Source: an uncultured Gemmatimonadales bacterium
Lineage (GTDB): Bacteria > Gemmatimonadota > Gemmatimonadetes > Gemmatimonadales > GWC2-71-9
NCBI GenBank assembly: GCA_963730915.1
Contig: CAVSTR010000004.1
Location: 215,014 to 279,013, forward strand
Length of the DNA: 64,000 nt
Reading direction: 5' to 3'
In this document: piece by piece, positions 40,687-49,926 of the stretch
Layout of the letters: every line of letters begins with the position of its first letter
Position numbering within the stretch: the stretch's first letter is position 1
The notes under the pieces: model-generated
Told to the model about the DNA's origin: nothing
The model's input: only the letters and a program-made list of their open reading frames with translations
The model's database searches: none
Program-made: the position numbers and the translations under genes

Positions 40687-41059
40687 GAGCGGACGCAGTC
40701 GTCAGTCCCGGAAGTCAGGTACCTGGTTTGCCATGGTCATGGTTTGCGCCTGCCCAACCAGCTGTCAGTATTCATTTGTTCGCGCAGAGGGCGCCATCGA
40801 CTACCTGCTTGTCACCTGCCTGGCCGTCTTTGGACCACGGGTCAGCACCGCGTCAGGGGATGTGGTCGATCGCCATGGGCCAGAGCAGATGTCACAAGTG
40901 GGCCCGCGAGCCTCTACCTGCCCTCTTCCACTCCAGTAAGCGTGCCGGCCAGTGATCTCCCCTGGCTATGCCTCTTCGTTCTTCAACATGGGCTTGGCTC
41001 AAAGCCGGGCCCTTTTTCATGATCGACAGCGGCAACTTGGAAGTTAGCGGTTAAGCAAG

Positions 41060-42702
41060 TCATCGTGCCTTGATAACCACTGAATACAACTCATATCGAT
41101 GTACGCTATAACCGCTGAAGTCTGACTCTCGTTCTCGTTCAACAACGTAGGTCGTTACCTGAGGGAGTTTACGGCAATCGTCTATACCGAAGAAGAAGCG
41201 GCCGAACGATTGGACCTGGCGGAATTCCTCTGCAGGGTCGCTGTACCGCACGGTTTTGAGAAACAGAGCTGGATCGATCCGCTGATAATACAGTGCGTAG
41301 ATATAAGGTCTATACGCTTGAGTGGTGACGCAGATCGAGCCATCTGTTCTTATGCTGGCGTCAGCAATAGCGTTGCCCAGCGAGGCGTAGAACCTCGGCG
41401 CAATAGCCCGGGCGTAAGTGCTGAAGTACGTCCGGAGGAAGGCAAGGAAGGCCAGAAGACAGAGTCCGATGACCGCCAACCGCAGCTGTCGCCAGCGTAT
41501 GGCATGGAATGCCAGCGCCATGAAGAACACCAGCGGCAGGTATAGCAGATTGATCCGATTGAGATTTGGTCTGGTCACAAGACCCAGCAGAAGGGCAACG
41601 CCAAGCGAAACGACCATGAGGTACACTCGGCGTCCCCAACCATGTCGTCGCCGCAGACGTGGCAGCACGAGCAACCCCGCAAAAGCGGCAACTATCCCCC
41701 AGGGGTAGACCACACCAAAGCCTGGCACGGCATTCCACAGAAGACCGTCGCTTTGGAAAACAAGGAGCGAAAGTAGTTGACGGGAGTTGGAGTACAGGTT
41801 GTGCAGAAGGTGGCCACCGTGGAAGACCGATAGGGTGGCGTAGCGGGGTGTTCCCGGGAGCCGAGGGATACTCAGAAAGATTAATTCGAGAGAGTGCAAA
41901 TGCAGCTGGTTGATTGCCAGAAACAAGACCATGGGTACGGCAATGACACCCGAGAGCAACGCCCCGACCACGAGGGTGCTACTCCGTAGCTGTCCCAGAC
42001 GTAGCAGAATCAAGGTACATCCGACGAGAAAGATAGCGGGGCGAAGAACAAGGCAGGAGCATACACGTAGATCGAGGAGCCGATGAAGAAGCATCCGAGA
42101 AGAAATGGCCACTGCCGCTTTTCCTCGGTCATCGAAAAAGCGGTAGCTCCAAACAGCACCCATGGCGATAGCAGGTTGAACTCATGTCCCCAGCGAGACG
42201 CGACAACATGCCAGGGACTTATTACCAAGAGAAAGGTCGCGATGCGCGCCATCGGCTCGCCACAGAGCCGCCGGCACAAAAAGTAGAAGGAGCCGATGGC
42301 GAGCAGATTCAGCACTAGACTCGGGAGGCGAGCGGCCGTTTCGGTTGGACCGAGCAACCACAAGCCTGGCATTGCCAGGTAGGCGGGAAGCGTACTCATA
42401 CTACCGCCACCCCACGCCACCAGCACCACCGGAAATCTGAAGCCGTTCCGATCCATGCCGTAATGCAGCAGGGCCCAGGCATCGTAGGTGGCGGATGCCT
42501 CGTCCAAGTGCAACCCTCCTGGGATTTCCCCAAACCGGTAAACCCGGGTAGCCATCCCAATCGCGAAAAGGCAGAGGAAAAGGCTGTGCTGGCGCAGAAG
42601 GGCCACGAAATTATGAGGAATGTCGCTGCTGCTCCATTCGGGAGTTCCAAAATGATCGGATGATATTGGCGCGCTGCCCCGCCAGAGGCGCCGTTCGCCC
42701 AA
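41060..42702 (-). CDS. GT39/ArnT-like membrane glycosyltransferase, one frameshift near 42035
   Basis: ORF 42010..42702 (RVYRFGEIPGGLHLDEASATYDAWALL...ARLPSLVLNLLAIGSFYFLCRRL...ISPWHVVASRWGHE) is PMT_2/ArnT-like. The polytopic continuation and soluble C-domain are in ORF 41060..42163. The sequence is markedly AT-richer than its surroundings. Confidence 0.7.
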
Positions 42703-43066
42703 CTCGGCGGTGAGCTACTACCTCAAAGATGCAGCGAGGGGACGCCCAGTGACAAATCCGTTCGGCGCCGGCGAGCGTCTGCCGCTGTGCCCCAGGTACT
42801 TACGCCGGCGGGCGCTGGCCATAGCTGGCCTCAGGCCGCTCCGGAGCAAGAGGTCGCGCGTTCGAGTCGCGCCGGGCGCTGAGTATCGGCGCTCGGAAAC
42901 CGTAGGCTGCGACCCATAACAGACGCTCGAGGCCTGATTAGGTCAGGAGCGCCGAAACGCTGCAGAAGGCATCGTGTCTCACTGCTTCGAAATTCTTCCC
43001 ACAGACCTTCCCAAAAGAACAAGACGCCCTCAAACATGAGGGCGTTTTGTTCCTTGTAGTCCACAG

Positions 43067-43108
43067 AGGCGCCGGTCGGAATCGAACCGACGAATGGATG
43101 TTTTGCAG
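43067..43108 (-). repeat. partial tRNA-Cys copy 2 (3' half, att-like direct repeat)
   Basis: AGGCGCCGGTCGGAATCGAACCGACGAATGGATGTTTTGCAG is 41/42 identical to 52691-52732. It is preceded by the hairpin ACGCCCTC-AAACAT-GAGGGCGT plus a T-tract (43024-43050). Confidence 0.8.
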
Positions 43109-43274
43109 TTCTCCGAGAGCTTTTGCGGGCCTTCGCATTCATTCTGAATCTCTGACGCCGGCAGCTCTTAACTCCTTCGGTGGTCACTGTCCGATTCGCG
43201 TCTGCTTGCGTCCTTTTGAGCTGAACCTTCCCAAGACCTTCCCACAGAACTCCACTGGAGCTCGACAGCCCACT

Positions 43275-43484
43275 TCAGGTGCGAGGCCTCGATGAGCGCC
43301 GAGAGGGTGGCGGCAGGAAGGGAAAATGCGGACGAGCTTGCCGCTCAAGACGGTTTGGGCGCAACCTGTCGAACAGAGCCATTCCCACCTGCCGCGCGTA
43401 CTGCTCGGCTTCGCCAGTCGAAACCCCGAGGAAGCTCACGCGCTGATCGATCAAGAGGGTCGTAAGGCCGTGCACCAGCGACCA
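43275..43484 (-). pseudogene. tyrosine-recombinase (integrase) C-terminal remnant
   Basis: The minus-strand reading AWSLVHGLTTLLIDQRVSFLGVSTGEAEQYARQV resembles the H-x-L-R-H-T...G.....V...LGH.....T..Y end of phage-type integrases, with catalytic residues degraded. It is cut off upstream by a tRNA T-arm fragment. Confidence 0.4.
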
Positions 43485-43486
43485 AG

Positions 43487-43513
43487 CGGTCGGAATCGAA
43501 CCGACGAATAGAG
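43487..43513 (-). repeat. isolated tRNA T-arm fragment
   Basis: GCGGTCGGAATCGAACCGACGAATAGAG shares the T-arm GTCGGAATCGAACCGAC with tRNA-Cys but has different acceptor-side bases. Confidence 0.5.
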
Positions 43514-43538
43514 TCGGAAACCAACCAGGGAGCCATGC

Positions 43539-44585
43539 TTAGGTGCAGGTTGGTATGCGCCCAAGTTTGGAATCAGGCTCATCAGCACGGGCAGGCTGCA
43601 GTCGGACTCCTCCCACGCGCTCAGCGCACCAGGTCCCGCTCGCATTCACCTGAGTCCCATCTACCGACCCCACGCAGGACACAGTCCCATCCATCACCGG
43701 CTCGAAGACGGTTCCGACGTAGACGCAGGGCGGCGCGCCTGGCTGGGTGAAAGAAATCGCCGAGCCGCTGATTTGGCCGTCTGTGATTTCGAAGGTACCG
43801 GAGTTGTCGAATGTCTCACCCCCGATCGTGCAGCTACCGACCTGCTCGTTTGTGCCAGTGAAGGTCGTGCCGTTCTGCACGAAAGTAACAGTCTGGAAAT
43901 TCTCGCAGGCATACCCAAGATTGTCGTCGCTGAGCGTCTCGTGGAGAGACCATAGGCCCGTGATACCGCTCACGGCCCCGACGGTGATCACCGCCGACCC
44001 GCTCTGCCCCTCTACCGTGGCCGTGATGGTCACCACTCCGTCCGCCAGGGCGGTTACCAGACCTGTCTCGGAGACACTTGCAACGCCCGGATTGCTGGAG
44101 GACCAGGAGACCTCGCGGTCAGTCAGTGCATTCCCGGCTGCATCTAGGGCCGTGGCGCTCAGCGACACATTCTCGGACGGCATAATGGTCGCCGCATCGG
44201 GCGACACCACCACCTGCGCTACCGGGACCTTCACCGCAACTGTGGCTGTCCCGCGCTTCCCCTCCGAAGTTCCAGTGATAGTCGCACTGCCCGCGGCAAC
44301 GCCGGTCACGAGCCCCGCCGAAGAAACAGTCGCCACGGCGTTGTCGCTCGAGGACCAGCTGATCTCACGATCGGCCAAGGTCGCGCCGTCTGCATCCTGA
44401 ATGACGGCCTGGAGTTGTACCGTGGCGCCCGGAGCGATTGTCGAGGAGGGCGGGGTCACCGTCACGGTGGCTACCACTGGCACGGCGAGACTGGTCTCGC
44501 CATCGCCCCCACAGGAAAGGAGACCGCAGACTAAAATCGTGAGGGAGAAGTTATGGATTGCTGGAGGCAAATTGATGTTGAACAA
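43539..44585 (-). CDS. lipoprotein with two Big_2 (bacterial Ig-like) domains and a Cys-rich C-terminal domain
   Basis: Lipobox LVCGLLSCGG. Two repeats of the pattern VTV.P...I..G..V.L.A...DA.G..L.DREISWSSS...VA.VS..GLVT....G...IT (Big_2). Confidence 0.75.
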   Translation of the reverse strand: MFNINLPPAIHNFSLTILVCGLLSCGGDGETSLAVPVVATVTVTPPSSTIAPGATVQLQAVIQDADGATLADREISWSSSDNAVATVSSAGLVTGVAAGSATITGTSEGKRGTATVAVKVPVAQVVVSPDAATIMPSENVSLSATALDAAGNALTDREVSWSSSNPGVASVSETGLVTALADGVVTITATVEGQSGSAVITVGAVSGITGLWSLHETLSDDNLGYACENFQTVTFVQNGTTFTGTNEQVGSCTIGGETFDNSGTFEITDGQISGSAISFTQPGAPPCVYVGTVFEPVMDGTVSCVGSVDGTQVNASGTWCAERVGGVRLQPARADEPDSKLGRIPTCT

Positions 44586-44945
44586 GGACCACCTCCCGAC
44601 TCGGATCCAGCGGCAGAGCGGTTAATAGAAGTTCTAATTCAATAGCTGTACCGTTAAAGTAGCGTAAAAAGTAGCTGGATGCCTGGACTCCATCTGTCTC
44701 CTTGTTGTCGTTGGGCGCGCTCCGTAGCAAACATTTACTGCTAGCTAGCACCCGCGACGTCTCGTCTGATAACGATGACGAGCAGGCTGCTTGAGGCCGA
44801 GTTCTCCTATCGATGACGCGTACTTGGGGATAGCTTCGTACCGCCCACTTGGCCCCTCATCTGCCCCGCTGCCAACTTCCGAGCGTCGCCCAGGACGTTC
44901 CGGCTCACCCAAAGCGGGCTGGAGGCGAGTATGCACTGCAGCATC

Positions 44946-47000
44946 ATGAAGCCATTTCTACTTCTTACTGTCCTTGCCAGTCTTGGCTGCCAAGACCCAT
45001 CGAGTCTCGCTGAGCCCGCTGATCAGAAGGTCGCAGATTTTTCGGTGAGGGCACGGCCAAGCGAGAGGATTCCCGATCAGTATATCGTGATATTTCGGTC
45101 AGACGTGCAGGGTGTCCGATCGTTAGCCAATGCGCTCGCGGTTAAGCACGCTGGCAAACTCAAGCATACGTACCACACTGCAATGAAGGGAATGTCGATC
45201 AAGCTGACAGCTACGGCGGCGGCTGCGCTAAGGAAAAATCCTCTGGTCGAGTACATCGAGCAGGACCAAACAGTACATGCCGATGGTGAGCTCATCGTGC
45301 AGCCTGGCTCCACTGCAGGGCTGGACCGCATCGATCAGCGGTACTTACCACTAAGCGGAACGTATAGCTATTCGGCTGATGGAACGGGGGTGCGCGCATA
45401 CATCCTGGATACCGGAATCAATTTTGGACACAACGAGTTCGGGGGCCGCGCCATCAGGGGATTCGACGCCGTGACCCCTGGAGGGAGCGCATCCGACTGC
45501 GACGGACACGGTACCCATGTAGCCGGGACAATAGGCGGCACGCGTTACGGTGTCGCCAAGAAGGTAAAGCTGTACGCTGTTCGGGTACTCGATTGTTCCG
45601 GATCGGGGTCTTGGAGCGGAATCATAGCAGGGATTGATTGGGTGACGGCGAACCACATATCGCCTGCCGTAGCCAACATGAGCCTGGGGGGTGGATTCTC
45701 AACGGCTGTTAACCAAGCGGTGAGTAACTCGATTGCGGCAGGCGTCACCTATGCCGTGGCGGCAGGAAACCACACCGCCGACGCTTGTTTCAATTCACCT
45801 GCGAGCACGCCAAATGCGATTACGGTTGCGGCCACCGCCGTGAACGATGCATTTGCCAACTTCTCCAATCGGGGTTCGTGCGTGGATATAGCGGCTCCCG
45901 GAGTGAATATCACCTCCGCCTATATTGGAACCGCCAATGGCACTGTAGTACTTAGCGGGACCTCTATGGCGTCGCCGCATGTGGCCGGTGCTGCAGTGCT
46001 CTTTCTGTCGTCCCGTCCCAGCAGTACACCTGCTCAAGTGGCTGCAGCCCTCATCTCCAACGCAACCTCTGGCATTCTTACTTCTGTTCCCGCTGGGACT
46101 GTGAACCGCCTCCTTCATATTCCCACGGTGAGCCCCTGGGCAGCGCGGGCTGTGCTTCCCACCTCTCGTCGTGGACTCGCGGTATCGGGTGTAAACGGAC
46201 TCCTTTATGCGATAGGTGGTGCTAACAGTACTGGAACCGTACTCAGGACGGTTCAGTCCTACAGCCCGAACACGAATAGCTGGACGACAAAGGCTTCGCT
46301 CCCGGCAGCACGCCAGACCGGCAATGGTGCTGTGGCCATCAATGGCCTGATCTACGTGGCCGGTGGGCACGATGCCACTGGAGCTCTCACACGCACGCTC
46401 TATGCTTACAACATCAGCACCAACCTGTGGAGCACGAGGGCCGCGATGCCCGTGTTCAGCAGTTGTGGCGGCTCTGCCGTGATAGCTGGTAAGCTGTACG
46501 TGTTCAGTGGGTGCACCCGCTCCAGCACGGGATCTCAGATTACCGCTGGCCTGCTACACCGGTATGACCCAGGCACTAACACCTGGTCTACGCTGAAAGC
46601 GTCCCCCGTAGCGCGCTTCCAACCTGTGGTCAGCAGCATGAATGGCAAGCTTTACGTGGTGGGTGGAAACACTGCGTTAAGCGTCGCGACAGGCTATGTG
46701 GACATGTATGACCCTGCAACCAATACGTGGGCGGCGAGGGCGTTAATGCCGACCGCTCGATCAGGGATGGCTGGCGTCAGCCTCGGGGGCAAGCTCCACG
46801 TCTTCGGCGGACGAAACGGGGCCACCCATCTGAGTACGGTGGAAGTCTATGATCCGCTCACGAATTTGTGGACCACTCGCGTTTCCATGCCCACACCCCG
46901 TTCGTTACTTGGAGTTTCCGGTGTAAGTGGCTCTCTGTACGCGGTAGGTGGGCGCAATACGGTGAGTGCGCTCGCAATGAATGAGCGGTACACGCCTTGA
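44946..47000 (+). CDS. secreted subtilisin-family (S8, proteinase K-like) serine protease fused to C-terminal Kelch repeats
   Basis: Lipoprotein signal MKPFLLLTVLASLGC and an I9-like propeptide (YIVIFRSDV...KNPLVEYIEQDQ). Catalytic D (YILDTGI), H (DGHGTHVAGTIGG), N and S (GTSMASPHVAGAA). Then about 6 Kelch units (LLYAIGGAN...; LIYVAGGHD...; KLYVFSGC...; KLYVVGGN...; KLHVFGGRN...; SLYAVGGRN...). Confidence 0.85.
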   Translation: MKPFLLLTVLASLGCQDPSSLAEPADQKVADFSVRARPSERIPDQYIVIFRSDVQGVRSLANALAVKHAGKLKHTYHTAMKGMSIKLTATAAAALRKNPLVEYIEQDQTVHADGELIVQPGSTAGLDRIDQRYLPLSGTYSYSADGTGVRAYILDTGINFGHNEFGGRAIRGFDAVTPGGSASDCDGHGTHVAGTIGGTRYGVAKKVKLYAVRVLDCSGSGSWSGIIAGIDWVTANHISPAVANMSLGGGFSTAVNQAVSNSIAAGVTYAVAAGNHTADACFNSPASTPNAITVAATAVNDAFANFSNRGSCVDIAAPGVNITSAYIGTANGTVVLSGTSMASPHVAGAAVLFLSSRPSSTPAQVAAALISNATSGILTSVPAGTVNRLLHIPTVSPWAARAVLPTSRRGLAVSGVNGLLYAIGGANSTGTVLRTVQSYSPNTNSWTTKASLPAARQTGNGAVAINGLIYVAGGHDATGALTRTLYAYNISTNLWSTRAAMPVFSSCGGSAVIAGKLYVFSGCTRSSTGSQITAGLLHRYDPGTNTWSTLKASPVARFQPVVSSMNGKLYVVGGNTALSVATGYVDMYDPATNTWAARALMPTARSGMAGVSLGGKLHVFGGRNGATHLSTVEVYDPLTNLWTTRVSMPTPRSLLGVSGVSGSLYAVGGRNTVSALAMNERYTP

Positions 47001-47117
47001 AGATGGCGAGAAAGGCGTCGCTGCGTCGCCACTGCAGTACCGTTTTGCGACCAGAACCTTCCCCTAACCGAAAAAGGGGCCTCCACTGTGGAGGCCCTAA
47101 GTCGTTGTGGTTCAGAG

Positions 47118-47159
47118 AGGCGCCGGTCGGAATCGAACCGACGAATGGAGGTTTTGCAG
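47118..47159 (-). repeat. partial tRNA-Cys copy 3 (3' half, att-like direct repeat)
   Basis: 42/42 identical to 52691-52732. Identity continues through the 3' flank, so 47090-47159 equals 52663-52732. Hairpin GGGCCTCCACTGTGGAGGCCC at 47077-47097. Confidence 0.85.
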
Positions 47160-47451
47160 TTCTAAGTGAGCCTTTACGAGACTTCGCACTCTTTCCGAAA
47201 CTCTGATGCGAGAAGCGGTTGGTCTGTCCTACCACTACTATCGTTTCGCGATCTTTTGCGCGCTTTCCGGCTGAACCTCCCCAAAAACCTTCCCATGAAG
47301 CTCCAGGTAAAGCTACAGCCTACTTCAGATGCAAGGTTTCAATGAGCGCGGTGGCGACGGATCTATGCTATTCATGATATGTCGGGAGCCGAGCCCAGTG
47401 TCGGACCTGACCCGCTCCGATCCATTACGGAACTGCCTTACTGTCGCGACG

Positions 47452-47961
47452 TCATGGCAGTGGCTTGGCAGAATCACCCCGCGTGAAGAGCAGCGTGGAG
47501 GTATTTGCACCATACGCAGCACGGACGATATTGACCTGGTCCATGAACTTCTCGCAAAGCACGTTGGCCGTGATGCGGACTCCTGACAGTCCCCCTGGTA
47601 CCATCGCAGTCAGCCGCAGCAACAGGACATCACCAGCCCGCTCCGCCGCGAGCCACTGCAGGGGCAGGGCGCGGCCCATCTGGTCCGACAACGCGAATTT
47701 GCCATCCAGGTATCGGGAGATTGACGCGTCGGCACTGTCGGGAACGCCACTCTCTTCCACCGCCGCATAGAGATCGTCCGCGTATATGCGAATCTGAATA
47801 GAGGCGATGCGGGTGGCATCGTTGTAGGTGATTTCGGCGACTGCCGTGTGCATCGGGTGCGCACCGGTTATCGGCGTTTCCATTCGCGCCAGCGGAATGA
47901 GCATCAGCAGGAGGGTCAGCACCTTACCAGGGGCTCCGTGCGACTGCCATGGTCCCGGCAA
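47452..47961 (-). CDS. DUF6702-family exported protein
   Basis: HPMHTAVAEITYNDATRIASIQIRIYADDL... matches the H-x-x-H-x-S/A-x-x-E-I-x-Y-N opening of that family as I recall it. The start may be the internal Met at 47904. Confidence 0.6.
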   Translation of the reverse strand: MPGPWQSHGAPGKVLTLLLMLIPLARMETPITGAHPMHTAVAEITYNDATRIASIQIRIYADDLYAAVEESGVPDSADASISRYLDGKFALSDQMGRALPLQWLAAERAGDVLLLRLTAMVPGGLSGVRITANVLCEKFMDQVNIVRAAYGANTSTLLFTRGDSAKPLP

Positions 47962-48529
47962 CGAGTATCACGGCTACCGAGACTCCCAGCACGCGCAGCC
48001 GGTATGCGGAGGGCAGGCGACCCACCTCGCGAACCGAACCAACAATGCGGTCGACCCCGGCGAGCACCACTGCAGCGGCCGCGAGCACCACAAGCTGCCC
48101 CAACTCGATCCCGACGTTAAAGCCGAACAGCGGAGCCAGAATCGGACCGGTGAAGAAGCTCTGTAGATAGTTGGCGAACCCGGCGCCGTGCACCAGACCG
48201 AAGACGCCGGCCAGGATCGGCCGGTAACGCCCATGCAGCGCCGCCCGTGACCGGTTCCGCACCAGGATGTTCTCCAGGCCCGTTGCCACGATGGTGAGCG
48301 GGATGAGGAACTCGACGAGTGACGTGGGAATCCCAAGCGTGCCGGAGGCCGCCAGTGCCAATGTGATCGAATGACCCAGCGTGAATGCTGAGATTACCGA
48401 GAGGCTATCCCGCCATTCCCTGATGCGGTAGATGGCGGCCAGGGCGAGAAGGAACAGTATGTGATCCAACGCACCCACGTCGGCAATGTGGCGGAAGCCG
48501 AGCTGCACAAAGGTCAGGAACTCGGACAT
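47924..48529 (-). CDS. HupE/UreJ-family membrane protein
   Basis: GFRHIADVGALDHILFLLALA...FTLGHSITLALA...GLVHGAGFA...FNVGIELGQL is the typical HupE/UreJ histidine-containing TM pattern. Confidence 0.75.
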   Translation of the reverse strand: MSEFLTFVQLGFRHIADVGALDHILFLLALAAIYRIREWRDSLSVISAFTLGHSITLALAASGTLGIPTSLVEFLIPLTIVATGLENILVRNRSRAALHGRYRPILAGVFGLVHGAGFANYLQSFFTGPILAPLFGFNVGIELGQLVVLAAAAVVLAGVDRIVGSVREVGRLPSAYRLRVLGVSVAVILVAGTMAVARSPW

Positions 48530-48539
48530 AGTGTTGCCC

Positions 48540-49850
48540 TTACTGTCGAGTTCTGATCAGGTTCAACACTTGGCGCGCATGCTCCGGCTGCAGCGGGCTC
48601 CAGTACGGGTTGGCATCGAGCGCCGCTTGCAAGTGGGTCCGCGCCGCGGCGTTGTCGCCCAGACCACGCGCGATCATTCCGGCGTGGTAGAAGAGCATCG
48701 CATCCCGGGTTCCGAGGGCCAGCGCACGGGCCATCGCCTCACCCGCCTCACGATGACGCCCCGATCTGTAAAGCGCCCAAGCGACGAGGTCGTAGCCATG
48801 AATATCGGTACGGGTCTGGAGTTCCTCACGCACCTTTGCCAGCACCTGCGGGACTTGCCGGTCGTGGTCCAGAAGGAACAGGCTCCATGCACGATGGAAC
48901 GGTCCTGGCTGATGCAGAACGGTTACCTCCAGAGTGTGGTAGTACTCCTCGGCCTTCACGGTATCGCCCATCGCGGCGTACGCATCGCCCACTATGCCTA
49001 GAGTCGCCGGATCGAGAGCGGAGGCGATGGCCCGCTCCCCGTATGCAACTGCGCTGGCCCAGCGGTGGCGCGCCGCATCCAGCCGCGCCATGGTGCCAAG
49101 GAGCCGGTAGTCGTTCGGCAATACCCCGAGACCATCGCGCAACTCACGCTCGGCCTCACCAAGGTGGCCGTGTCGAAGCGCCAGGTCGCCGAGACGCAGG
49201 TGAAACCAGGCCACCTGCTCCTTCGGCATCCCATGCCGCCGCTTTGCCTCCGTCCGGGCCACGCGGAGCAGCCGGCGGGCCTGCTCGGGCCGGCCATGCA
49301 GTTCGTGCCACCGAGCCAGTCGGGGTGCGACGCTCAGGTCGCCGCCATAGGTGGCCAGGGTACCCAGGGTTCGCCCGGCTTCCTTGTACTGCCCAAGCTC
49401 GAGTTGAGTCTCACCGAGAAGTCCTTGCGCAGAAATCGACGTCGAGTCGACCGCGAGGAGGCGGTGCGCGACCTGAAGCGCTTCCACGAATCGGTGCTGG
49501 GCCAGAAGGCTCGTTGCCAGGACGCCAAAAGCCGCGGCGTTGCGGCCCTTGCGAAGGTGAAGCGACTGGCGGGCGTTCTGCTCGGCCTGAGTAAGGTCGG
49601 CGTTGTCGGCTCGCTCGCGGCCCCGCTGCAAGTACAGCCCGGCAAGTTGGGTGTAATCACCGGCGCTGCGGGGATCCCGTTGCACTCGATCCCGGTAGAA
49701 CTCAATATCCAGATCACGGATCCGGGCCTCGGACGGTACTGGGTCGCGACGCCGCTACGAGACCCATCACTCGACCGGGCAATCGAGACACTACCCACCA
49801 TCGCCCCGAATCCGAGAGCGGCGATCGTGGACCACAGTCCTTTCCGCATA
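48540..49850 (-). CDS. exported TPR-repeat protein, one frameshift near 49755
   Basis: ORF 48540..49685 is TPR-like throughout. The signal peptide MRKGLWSTIAALGFGAMVGSVSIA is in ORF 49334..49879, one base out of frame. My re-framing joins it to RIRDLDIEFYRDRVQRDPRSAGDY. Confidence 0.7.
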
Positions 49851-49926
49851 ATGGCTTCCCTTTCACCCCGCAGCTGCAAGCCCCGGCCATCAATCGAAGC
49901 GACCGGGGCTCACCTTTGGACAGCTG

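Larger units (their letters stand above)
35905..43066. mobile_element. island segment I at tRNA-Cys (degenerate, no intact integrase)
   Basis: Bounded by tRNA-Cys 3'-half copies at 35864-35904 and 43067-43108. It begins with the conserved island-end module (TTCTCGGAGG..., CTTCCCAACACCTTCCCAC at 36024-36046). Cargo is the PQQ dehydrogenase, Kelch protein and GT39. GC visibly drops from about 40.7 kb. Confidence 0.55.
43109..47117. mobile_element. island segment II at tRNA-Cys (integrase reduced to a fragment)
   Basis: Bounded by copies at 43067-43108 and 47118-47159. Conserved end module 43109-43330, integrase C-terminal remnant 43275-43484. Cargo is the Big_2 lipoprotein and the S8-Kelch protease. 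AT-richer than flanking core genes. Confidence 0.6.

Noticed and set aside
40992-41020. Plus-strand hairpin plus T-run (GGGCTTGGCTCAAAGCCGGGCCCTTTTT) as a terminator
   Set aside because: There is no plus-strand gene upstream to terminate, and the stem is imperfect. It may be a relic of a deleted gene.
42856-42880. Plus-strand tRNA-like T-arm (GCGCG-TTCGAGT-CGCGC plus CGGGCGCT) as a second tRNA gene
   Set aside because: I could not find a complementary 5' acceptor strand, D-arm or anticodon arm upstream. It is treated as a fragment only.
42831-43187. ORFs containing FVGSIPTGAS (42831..43187, 46858..47235, 52146..52811)
   Set aside because: FVGSIPTGAS is just the translation of the tRNA-Cys T-arm/acceptor (TTCGTCGGTTCGATTCCGACCGGCGCCTCT). 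The ORFs span tRNA copies and repeats, not genes.
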